Position numbers and translations under genes: made by a program | The notes under the pieces: generated by a model | Seen by the model: only the letters and a program-made list of their open reading frames with translations | Told to the model about the DNA's origin: nothing | Databases searched by the model: none | In this document: piece after piece, positions 37,650 through 48,745 of the stretch | How the letters are laid out: every line of letters starts with the position of its first letter | Numbering within the stretch: the first letter of the stretch is position 1 | Assembly (NCBI GenBank): GCA_964187785.1 | Contig: OZ076420.1 | Span: 31,744,001 to 31,808,000, forward strand | Source: Amphiscolops sp. MND2022 | Taxonomy: Eukaryota | Reading direction: 5' to 3' | Length of the DNA: 64,000 nucleotides

Positions 37650-38550
37650 AGTCAGAATTAAAACTTGTGTCTTCTTATCCCCTGCGGTCGCTTGGGGAGG
37701 GGGCATTTTGCGCAATTATTGACGAAATACAACACCTTTGAAAAAGACAGCATGGTGAAAGTCATTTATAATTAAGTAATTAGACCCAAACACTTTAATA
37801 TAACTTTATGCTGACATCAAAGCAGTGTTTCAACCAATAAGGGTTAACCAAAAAGTTGGGCTTTCAATTACATTTCGTTCATTGTTGCCAAACAAACTCA
37901 AACGATTCAGTCTCTATTCTTTTTGTCATCATTCAGTCTCTCTCCTCCTTCTGTTCTCATTCTGCCATCAATCAGTCTCTCTTACCAGGTCATCTGTACT
38001 CGGTCTCTCCGCAAACCCTCTTCTGCACCCAGTCTCTCTCCACAATTCATACATCTGTACTCATTTTCGCTTCTTGCTTCAATGGATAAACTCATCTCAC
38101 AAAACGGCGAAAACGCAGTTAATAAGTTACATGGAAAGTCGCATACCCCACGCAAAGTTGGGTTTTGCTACTACTGCCAAGTGTTCTACCCCAACGGGAA
38201 AACAAAGTACGAAGTTACACAAAAAAACACGTACGATGAAGAGATCATTTTCGGTGACATCTGGAGACCGAACAATAATCTTCATGTTAAGCCTTTTAGG
38301 GCTCAGCTCTAAACACAACCAGTACCCCTCAAATCAAATCCAGTACAGCAGAAACCCAAAGAAGATATTATAAGCCCTCTCGAGCCACTCTTTCACTGCT
38401 TCAACAGATGAAACTTATTGATTTGTTGATTTGTTTTTTTGATATACATTTTTGTATTTAAATGATCAATTAATTTTTTCATATACAGTCATTTTCTGTA
38501 CAAAGCTCTATATTGTTTGAGTTAACGTAGAGAGAGAAACGCGCTGAGAG
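37650..38550 (+). repeat. ~0.9-kb cassette, copy 4 (ORF 38082-38312), flanked by modular repeat
   Basis: Same 76-aa ORF. Confidence 0.85.
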
Positions 38551-38899
38551 AGGAAAGTGAATTATATTTTACACAAATATTCGTATTTTTCAGTTTATTC
38601 CAATTTTGAACAAACTGCCAGATCATCACAATCTGCCATTTTTTGATGACATGCTGCAATTTTGGTACCAGTCATGAGTATCTCTATTCGTACTTTGGGA
38701 TTTTTCGTTTCAATCAAAACAATTTCCATTAATATACATGTAACTTGTTAAAACATGTCTTTCGTGAGGACAAAAAGAAAGCCTTTTAGTACACCAAAAT
38801 GAAAAAAAATTGTGATATTTTGGTCCCAATCGTGAGTAGAAAAATTACTCACAATTGGGACTAAAATTATTCATGAATAATTTCACCTTTGAAATACTT

Positions 38900-41630
38900 T
38901 TGTTGTCGCCTTGCGAATGCTGATGATAAAGAAGTCGAAGATAGATCAATACTATATTTAACAAAAGACCATGTGGTGAATGGCCGCTGATGTTAATCTG
39001 CTTGAAACGGTTATGTTTGTAAATATGGTATCAATTTGTGTTAAATATATGTTTACAACATGCTCTAATTTAATTGTTAAATTAATTGGTTTTGTTCGAG
39101 AGTGAGGTCAAGGTCAACTCTCTCACATCCCCGCAACTAATAACTTTGGTCGTGAGACCGTAAGGAATATAGTTATAACAAATTAAATGACTGTTGGTGG
39201 TACTCTATGGGTGCTAGCACAAATTGTATGTGCTAGGGTATCGTACTCAATTTAGCAACATAACGAGTTTGTGTATGTATGGGTTATAAAATTTTACATG
39301 ACTTCATGACACCATGCTTCATAACTAACAAAAGAAAAGTTGAGGTTTATGTTTGTTTTTGAGTTTGTTTGTCGCTTCTTTGCTTTTTTGACTTCAGTTT
39401 TGGTCTTCTGCTTGTGTTCCATCAATCCGTGTGGACATGACGTTTTGGCCGTAGAAGTTTGTTTTGTATCTTCGGCGCTCTCCTCTTCTGTTCTCGCTTC
39501 CCTCTTCTTGCGCTGTTTGTCGCCTTGGTGGCAACTCGTTTGGCTCTTTCATCTCTCGTGGTTCTGGCAGCTCTCTCTCTTGTGGCATTGTTTCTTCCTC
39601 TGATTCTTGTTTTATTTGGTGCTGCTCTTCGTCTTTTTCTTTGACCATCATCTCCTCCTCTTCGTCGCTCTCTACTTCGTTCATAGTTTCTAGGTTCGGG
39701 CTGTTTGCTGTTTGTTGTTCCTTTTTCTTGTTTTGTCTTTGTCTCCTTTTCTGTCTTTTTGCCTTCTCCTTCAGTTTTTCTATCGCTGGTCTTTTTTTGT
39801 TTTTGTTTGTTTCTCGCTCCTGATTGGTTGTTCTGTCATTGAGCTGGTTGATTGTTCTGGCGGGAAACTGGCAATTTCTTGTATTGAGTCATTTGACTCA
39901 TTTTGCGCTTCGCTGTTTGTCTGCTGTTCGCCGCTGCTGTGCGTTTCGCTCATTATTGCCGTATCGTTCAGGCTTTCTCTTTCTTCTTGTAGCCATCTGT
40001 CCGCGTCTTTTGAGCAGCATGGTTGATCGTGCCCAATGTCTCTTTTTGACATGATGGTTGCTTTGCCCTTTCCTGCAGGAAAAAATGTCACTGTGTGTTT
40101 GGTCTCTTCTAGCAGGGTCCCCTTCTTCTTCTTGAATGCCCCTTCTAATCTACTTCCCCGCGTTCTTTCTCGCACGAGAATAGCTGAGTCCTGGCCTGAC
40201 TCAAAATCCGTCTCCGTTAGCTTGAAATCTGATGTATCTGAAATACACTGGTCCCGATTTATTACAAGTCTTTTTATCGTGTTAGGTTCTGTAGTTGGCT
40301 TTCTTAAGAACTTTGCCAACCAGAAAAACGATCGAGTGAAACTAAAAGATATTTATGCGCTTTCATGGCGTTTTGGAACGGCCCTGCGAAATCGATTTCT
40401 ATTTCTCAATTGTTTTCTACGGTTCTAGGACAATACGCCCAAAGACATTACGCCCAAGGACATTACGCCCAAGGACATTACGCCCAAGGAAATTACGCCC
40501 AAACGGAAATTACGCCCAAACGGAAATTACGCCCAAGGAAATTAAGCTATTCAAAGCGAACAGCAGCGATTATTTTCAGGTTAATATTTGAAGAAGTTTA
40601 TATATTTGTTGTATGGCTCGGTCGCTTCGCTCCCTTCGCCAAGTAGCAACATTGAGGCATGGCCAAATGGCACGTCGCTCCGCTTTGCTATGCTCCTGCA
40701 TTTAGGGCACTAGGGGTATGTGTGTATAGCTGATTACATAATCTTAATTTCCTTGTGCGTAATTTACGTTTAGGCGTAATGTCTGCTTTGGGCGTAATGT
40801 CCTTGGGCGTAATGTCCGGACACCGTTTTCTACACATTTTGGCAGTTTTCCTATTTGTTTTTGAGTTAGTATAGTTTTGATGTTCGTACCTGATTCGCGG
40901 CATTGTGGGCAAGATCGGGCGATTGCTACTACCTCTCGATGTAATCGAGGCCACCACACGTTAGATAATGTCGCTAGCATCGAATCTCGTCCGGGGTGTC
41001 CATAATGTAATGATCTCATTATTATGGGGCGGAGCGTTTTCGGGATGACCAACCGTTCATCCATGTACAGAAAGTCATGTTGGTCTAAACTGAGGCTTCT
41101 GAATTTCTCTCTCCACGGTGTGGGGAGGCGGTTTAATTTTGTCGAGTCCGGCTTCTTCATTAAAGTTATTATTTTCTGCGGAAACTCATCAGTCTCATAC
41201 TGCGAAGCGAATGTGAAGTTTCCGAGGGTTTGTAGCACCTCTATTTGGTTCACGGAGTAACAGACGGGCGTTTTGATTGGTGGCTTGTCCGCCATTCGCT
41301 GTAGCTCTTCGCTCATTTTATCGTTGCCGATTTCGTCGGAGCTTGTCTCGCTAATTGCATGCGCTTGAATGATTGCGGCTATTTGTTTAGTTGTTTCGCT
41401 TTGGCTTTCGTTTGAATAATTGCGGCTATTCGTTTAGTTGTGAACGCTTTGTGGCGTTGCTTCGCTTTCGCGTGCCGTCGCCTTGTTATCTTGCCGTTTG
41501 CTGGCGTTTGCCAACTTCGTTCCTATTGGCTGATTCTGCTCGGATGGTATCTTCTGCTTATCTGAAACAAATTTATCAGGCTTGGTTATTTCATTTAATG
41601 TAAACCACGTGTTCCACAGTTGATTGCTAT
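38900..41630 (-). mobile_element. Gypsy pol 3' fragment (linker, integrase zinc finger, core deleted, tail, probable LTR), split by a MITE
   Basis: LPTPWREKF...HYGHPGRDSML; IDFAGPFQNA; KPTTE joined directly to PNTIKRL; ERTRGSRLEGAFKKKKG. Confidence 0.9.
40420..40825. mobile_element. 406-bp MITE with imperfect ~21-bp TIRs, subterminal 15-16-bp tandem repeats and a 7-bp TSD
   Basis: Left end CGGTTCTAGGACAATACGCCC; right end (reverse complement) CGGTGTCCGGACATTACGCCC. TTTTCTA at 40413-40419 and 40826-40832. Removing the element and one TSD restores the integrase frame KLPKCVENN*EIEIDFAGPF. Confidence 0.85.
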
Positions 41631-41639
41631 TCACTATTC

Positions 41640-42270
41640 CGAGGATGAAAAGGAAGCCTTTTAGAATACTAAAATGAGAAAAGATTTCGTGATATTTTGG
41701 TCCCAATCGTGAGTAAAAACATTACCCACGATTGGGACCAAAATCATTCGTAATTAATTTCACCTTTGAATTAGTTTTTCAGCCGATTTTTGTTGCTATG
41801 AGAAGTCAGAGGGACGGAATATGTCCATGATATCTTTCGTGAGGATGAAAAGCCTGCCTCTAAAAACGCTAACCAATCGAAAACGGATTATTTTATCAAA
41901 ATTTGCCATGTTTTAATGACAGGCCGAGTTTAAATGAATGTCAGAATATTCTTAAACGGTATTCAATTGAGCAATACTTCCATGACACTATTACGTATAT
42001 CAAAATTTACATATTGACGTACTACCCCCTTTGGTAGTTGTTTTCTTATAGTTTAAGACATGTATGTGGTTTCCACGACACATGTATAAAGATATGGTCT
42101 TACTTTCCACAGTCGTTTTTGTGGCCATTCAAGAACTAGCTCGTTCGTTGAATGCTCATAAAAAATGGCAGTTGATAAAAATCTGCCATATTTTGATGAC
42201 AAGACAGTTATAAATAAATGCCACGTTTTCAAAAAATGCCATGTAAAATTGTTTTCAATCTTTTTGTGTT
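41640..42270. repeat. Modular repeat cluster (hairpin ~41696-41742)
   Basis: Core motifs as above. Confidence 0.85.
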
Positions 42271-43230
42271 TTGACGTACTACTGTTGGAGCAATACTTGT
42301 TGGAAGATAGCAGAACTGGTTGATGAAGAATAAATTAGAAACTATACAGGAAAGTGTAAGGCAACAGCAACTGAATATCTGAACTTGTTGAGAACTATCG
42401 ATGTCTCAAAATATTGGCAGGTGCTAGTAATTAAAGTTTTCACACATATTCGTTTTGTCTAACACAGATTAACTTTCAATGTCAATCTATCCAACTCTCC
42501 ATTTTTTGGACAAAACTTGGGAAACTAACTTTTCATCAATTTGAGTTCATTTATGTTTTACATGTTATCGGTATCACAGGTATTCATTTCAAGTTACATG
42601 ACTTCTCAAAGTGTTCTGGATGTTTTAAAGTTTTTCAGTTTCAAGCTCTCTTGGGCTCTCATTCTTTTTGTTCTGGCCCCAATGGTGAGTATTTTTTACT
42701 AACGATTGGGATCAAAAATTTTCTGGTTCAATTTCACGTTTGAATTACTTTTGTGAGGATCTTCGTTGCTATTACATGTCATGATTGGGGACATTGTCAT
42801 ACTTACAAATTGAAGTTGACCCAATTGAAATATAAAGAAGTGGCTGAGAAGCAGCGAGGTTCTGATTCACGGTTCAATAGCAATAGCTGAACAAAGAAAA
42901 ATTGTTGATCTCACTTGTCAGTAATTAAGGTTCTAATTAATTGTTAGCTCGAAAAAGGTTGTTAATGTGTCTGCGTGTTCAGTAAAGAAAGCAAGTATAG
43001 CATCAAAGCCAATTTAAGTTTGAAAATACGCAAAGGGTTCGTGAGCAAAGGTGACTTTCCCTTTAGTTGAAATCTGTCAATGTTTGCAAAAGTTTCGGTT
43101 ACTGGTTTAACCAGTCATTCATTTGCAATACTGCCTAGCATAACATCGAAATCAAATTCCAATTCTGCTTTTTTCCTACCTTCAAATTTCATCCTATAGT
43201 TTTCATTTCACCATTATCTTATATCGAAAA

Positions 43231-43470
43231 ATGCCTCAGTGCATGGTCTGCCACGAAACCGGAACAAGTGTCCTCCACGATCAACACTTCCTCTGTGGGG
43301 GATGCCGCGATCGTTGGATTGAGGTGAAGGATCGCGATAACGAGCGCAGAGGGGTGGCCCAGGCGAGATTGGAAGTTGCGTGCCCCCTTTGCAGGAAGCA
43401 CTGTGTCTTAAGGAACGGGCCCAGTGGAAGCGTAAGAATCGACCCCTTCCTCGGCTTTAGGATGCGCTGA
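43231..43470 (+). CDS. Single-exon 79-aa RING-finger-like protein (variant ligand set)
   Basis: CMVC...H-x2-H-x2-C-x2-C...CPLC. Intact ATG to TGA, aaaaATG context, visibly GC-richer than its flanks. Confidence 0.6.
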   Translation: MPQCMVCHETGTSVLHDQHFLCGGCRDRWIEVKDRDNERRGVAQARLEVACPLCRKHCVLRNGPSGSVRIDPFLGFRMR

Positions 43471-44259
43471 GTGTCATTTAAACGAAACCTCGCCTACAAT
43501 ATATAATACTTATATCCGATCAATCCTCATATATAACTGCAGAAGAAATTTGAAGATTTTTTACCCGAAGACCATTAGTAATTCTGAGCTCTACATACAT
43601 TGGAGAACAAAAAAATTATCGAATTTTAATGCCCAGAGAAGAAAAACCCACTGGCGACATATTCTGCGACATAACGAAGCTTTCAAAGATGCCTATTTAT
43701 ACCTGAGTACCATCCCATGAAAAAATACACGAAAGCCAACTACTTCAAGACTATCAGCAATGATTTTGAAACGGATGTGCTGAGTATCCCAAGATGAAAG
43801 GCTGTCGAAAGAGAAATTTGAACTGAAATGTTATCTTTGATTGAACTGAACTGAACTGTATTACATTGTACTTGTCATATAGATGTGTGTTATAGATTTT
43901 GTGTTACAATTTTGTTAACAGGATAACTGATGTGAAGTAGATAACCTTTTATATCATGCAATATGCAATAAAATTTCGAAATGAATATATTACGCAGTTT
44001 TCATTTGGTAAACATGATAATCTCAACGATATAAATTATTATCTTTTATCATTACACCTCGAAAATAGATTATTGTATCTAATTTATCAAAGATATTTTT
44101 GATAAAGGTATTTGTTAACGACTACGAACTAAGTTGGCGAAAGTAGAAAACGAAAAGACTGTCAAAACTGTATTCTGTAACGGTAATCTGATTTATGCCG
44201 TTTTGTGATCTGTTGTTACTTTACTTCCTTCAATTTGGCAGGTGGTTTTTTAAATAAAT

Positions 44260-44635
44260 TTTCAATAAATTTTCTCGCATATCTTTTGGGATAACTAAAC
44301 GGTTGTCCATAAATAGTAAACCCTTTTCGTTGGCGCTGAATGAGGTAAATTTTTCCCTCCAAGGAGGTGGGAGACGCGAAATAACTGCAGTGTTTTTTTC
44401 TTTAACCAAGCGAATAACTTTTTGAATTACTTTATCGTTTTCATAGTTTGCTTGAAATTACACTTGGCTTATTTTAGAATTTGCCAAATTGCTCCCATCT
44501 GCCTTTTTAAGAACTTGCTTGTAATGACCAACTAGTTTGCTTTTCTCTACTGTGTGCAACGGCGCGTGAATTTTCAACACTTCTTTGCGATTTTGTTGCT
44601 TCTTATTGGTTCGCTTATTTTAGCCATTACCGTTC
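44260..44635 (-). mobile_element. Gypsy RH-IN linker fragment
   Basis: Minus strand LPPPWREKF...LFMDNRLVIPK. Confidence 0.8.
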
Positions 44636-45760
44636 TTTCGTGAGGACAAAAAAGAAGCCTTTTAGTATACTAAAATGAAAAAAACTGTGATATTTTGGTC
44701 CCAATCGTGATTAAAAAAATTACTCACGATTGGGACCAAAATTAGTCATGATTAATTTCACTTTTGAATTGCATTTTTAGCCGAATTTCGTTGCTATGAG
44801 AAGTCAGAGGGACAAAATATGTCCATAATATCTTTTGTGAGGACAAAAAGGACCTTTAGAAGACTAAAATGAAAAAATCAGTCATTAATTTCTCCTTTGA
44901 ACTACTTTTTTTAGCCAAAATTCGTTCCTATTAGAAGTTAGAGAGACAAAAAATGTCCTCAATATCTTTCGTGAGGACAAAAAGGAGGCATTTTAGTATA
45001 CTAAAATGAAAAAAGATATTGTGATGTTTTGGTCCTCCCAATCGTGAGTAAAAAAAATTACTCACAATTGGGACCAAAAGTAGTCGTGACTAATTTCACT
45101 TTTGAATAGCATTTTTAGCCAAAATTCGTTGCTATTAGAAGTTAGAGAGACAAAATATGTCCAAAATATCTTTCGAGCGAACAATAGGTGGCCTCTAAAA
45201 TCGCTAACCAATCAAAAATGTACTATTTCATCAAAATCTGCCAGATTTCAAAAACAAGCCAGATATGAATAAATGTAAGAATATTCTAAAACGTCATTCA
45301 AAGTTGAGCAATATTTCCATGACAATATTAAGCTTTATTAGATTTTAAATATTGACGTACTATCCCCTTTGGTAGTTGTTTTCTTACAGTTTAAGATATG
45401 TATGCGGTTTCCACGACACATGTATAAAGATATGGTCTTACTTTCCACAATCGCTTTCGTGGCCATTGAGCAATGAATGCTATTTTGGTGGAAACCAGGA
45501 CAATATGCTTAAAGTGGTGGAAACCAGGACAATTTATATATTGACATACTACCTTTGGTAGTTGTTTTCTCACAGTTTAAGATATGTATGTGGTTTCCAC
45601 GACACATGTATAAAGATATGTTCTTACTTTCCACAGTCGTTTTTGCTAATTCGTTGAATCTGAATCTAAGAAAATAGCAGTTTATCAAAATCTGCCAGAT
45701 ATTGATGACAAGCTAGAAAATATTTAACTCCATGTTATTTTAAAACGCAATTCGAACATT
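44635..45760. repeat. Modular repeat cluster (hairpins ~44694-44742 and ~45028-45079)
   Basis: Core motifs as above. Confidence 0.9.
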
Positions 45761-45924
45761 GAGCAATGTTTCTAATATTTCTGTCGTAGAGAAAAGAACA
45801 GTGCCAACTGTGTATTTTGGCAAATTAAGGTCAACTGACCCTTTTATCTATTTTGTCACTTCCCTTCAGAAAGGCAAATCTTGGTTGGTCACCAATATCC
45901 TAGATATCGCAACTTACAACTTCC

Positions 45925-46590
45925 TCACGCTCTGCCATATTCCCCTCTTTGTAAATGAAAGGGCAAAGTACTGTATTTTAAACAAGACCATATGGTGAAC
46001 GACCTAGATGAATACAGTTTTTTTGGTAACAACTTGCTGAATTGAAAGGTCAAACTGCTCTTTTTTGTATTGTTGAGGTGTCCATAATGCAGGGAGCGGA
46101 TAATAATTTGACGTAGCGCTTTTGGGATGACTAAACGTTCATCCATGTATATAAAATCATTAGGATCAAGGCTCAAACAACGAAACTTTTCCCTCCAAGG
46201 TGTGGGAAGACGATATATTTTTGTACTATCGGGCTTTTTAAGGAGGGCCACGATTTTTTGCATGAATTCATCGGTTTCATATTGCGAGGCGAAAGTGAAA
46301 TTGTTCAGTGTTTGTAAGACTTCAATTTGATTAACACTATAGCACATTGGTATTTTTAGTGGCGGTTGATTGGCTGCGTGACGGAATTCTTCGGTCATGA
46401 TTTCGTTCGCTTGTTCAGCTTCACTGCTTTGCGTTGTTTTAATGATTGTGGCAATCTCGTTTAGTGTTTGTTTATTTACATTTTCGGCATCGCTCGCTTT
46501 TGTCATTTCGTTCTCACTTGTTGAACTATTGCTGTTATGCCATTGGCTGTCGTTCACTGCGTGCGATGTTATTGGTTGTTCTCTCGCGTT
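45925..46590 (-). mobile_element. Gypsy RH-IN linker fragment
   Basis: RLPTPWREKFRCLSLD...YMDERLVIPK...LHYGH, then truncated. Confidence 0.85.
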
Positions 46591-48497
46591 TTCTCTAGTC
46601 TTTTAGAAACTAAAATGAAAAAAGATTTCTTGATATTTTGGTCCCAATCGTGAGTAAAAATATTACTCACAATTGGGACCAAAATCGGTGATTAATTTCT
46701 CCTTTGAACTACTTTTTTGCTTCAAAATCCGTTTAAAATCTTAACGCAAATGACACTGGTTTCCATTCTTGGTTATATTGCTGTTGCTAGCGTCGCATAT
46801 GATTCTAATTCGTTTAAAATGTGTCGGAGCGCCATGTTGGAGCAATACTTGTTGAGTAAAATTGCAAAATGACTATTAAATAACACAAATATTTGTGTTT
46901 TCCAGTTTAGTACCAGTTTTGAACAAACTGCCAGATCATCACAATCTGCCACTTTTTAATGACATGCTTCATTTTTGGTACCAGTCACGAGTATCTCTAT
47001 TCGTACTTCTTGGATTTTTCGTGTCGATCAAAACAGTTTCCTTTGATATAAAATTGAACTAATATAAAATGATTACTCAAAATCAGCGGACCAATCAGAG
47101 AGCAGCGGCAAGAGTGTCATTATAGCAGCAGTATTGGCGTGGAATCCAGGACAAGCACTGTCGTGGAATCCAAGACACGCTTAACATCAAAGAGAAATTT
47201 TGTCCTGGATTCCACGACTTTTCTCAATTTTCGTGTCCCGGATTCCACGAAAACAGCAAAATAGCTTGCCTGTGCACTGTAATGTTATCGCATAATCTTC
47301 GAGTAAACATATTTGTAAACTAAATAAAAACCTAAGAAACTTTCACTTTTTTTCATTTTTTAAAAATCGCTGCTGTTTTAGAGATATTCGATTTTGAGAT
47401 TTGCCTTTTGTTGCTTTTAGAAATATCACTACTGTAGAGCAGTCTGTGAAGTCTCATACAAGCGGACTTTTTGTTTTCAGTTTCAACGGACCTTTAGCAG
47501 AAGTCGACTTCAAAGTGTCTGATATTGTTTTGCTTTTGACAAATTTCAGGCCACAGTTGCTCTCCACTTTGCAATTTTCTCGAGAACAAACCTCAGTCAA
47601 TGTAGCCAAGCAGTGCTAATTTGATGTACAATAGTGGTATAAATGTTCCGGAATTCCTAGTTGTGATAAATGTTTCGGACAAAATTTGTTTTGGCTGAAA
47701 ACTGGAAACAACTTTAATTCTTAAAATGTGATCGAAATAAATGTTTCATGAAAATTAAGAATACTTATATATGAAAAATTACATGTAATAGGTCTCGACT
47801 TTGGTTTGTGTTAACTGTTTTGACCGAGAGCCCCAGCACAAAGCGCCTCGCTCATTTTCGAGGTACTTTTCTAACGTCGAGGACACTTTTCAATTAGAGC
47901 TCCGAGCTATCGTGCCGACACACTCAAAGTCCGGACACATCCCACAAGCACGTAAAAACGAATCCTACGGTTCCTGCGCCTTCCTACATATTCCCAAGGT
48001 CCAAAACGGCAGTTATTTAAAATTAATTGTATTGAGGAAACATGAGGAAAGTAAGGGAACTAGCAGATCAAACATCATGATACAGCAGCAAATAACTGCT
48101 AACTAATCACAACATATGCCAAAGAAAAGCTATTAAACAGTCTTTGCAAGTTTTCGCTCTACGAAACAGTACGTAGCTAGGTTGCCCTTTTCTTCTGGGT
48201 TCCGGGCGTGTCCGGTTTTCATGGAAATATCTGAAAAACTTTTCGTCTTGATGTTTATGGCTGAAAAAGCACAATCCTGAGTGTTCTATTCCGGTGGTAT
48301 TCTGTTTGTGTGTTTTCGTTTTCGGGGTGTTCTCTCTTTTTTAGTCGGCGCTTTTATTAATAAAAGAGCCCGACTATTACAGTCACTCGTTTTTTTTTTT
48401 CATTTTTGTCATACAGATTCGAAGCGACGAACGTTAACGTTCAGTATGTTCAACTAAAGGAAACTAAACGAATACCCGGGAAAGGCATCTAAGTCAT

Positions 48498-48745
48498 TCC
48501 AAAGTGTCTCTCTTTTGGTTTTTTTTTACATTTAAACGTAGCCAAAATCGGATGAGTTTAAAGGGTCCCCTTTCGGTTTTTTCGGCACTGTACGAGTTTT
48601 TCTTGAAATAATTTTGTCTCCAAAGTGTCTCCCTTTTGGTTTTTTTTTTACTTTTAAAACGTAGCCAAAATCGGATGAGTTTAAAGGTTTTTTCGGTTTT
48701 TTCGGCACTGTACGACTTTTTCTTGAAATAATTTTGTCTCCAAAG
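48498..48745. repeat. Two tandem copies of a ~120-bp unit within a non-coding repeat-like segment (~47790-49900)
   Basis: tccaaag(t/g)gt at 48498, 48619 and 48739; ttttcggcactgtacga repeated. Confidence 0.8.

Noticed and set aside
13651-45573. Many 60-140-aa ORFs such as MFSYSLRYVCG... and ...VESKTISLYMCRGN...
   Set aside because: Translations of the non-coding modular repeat; frames open and close at random between copies.
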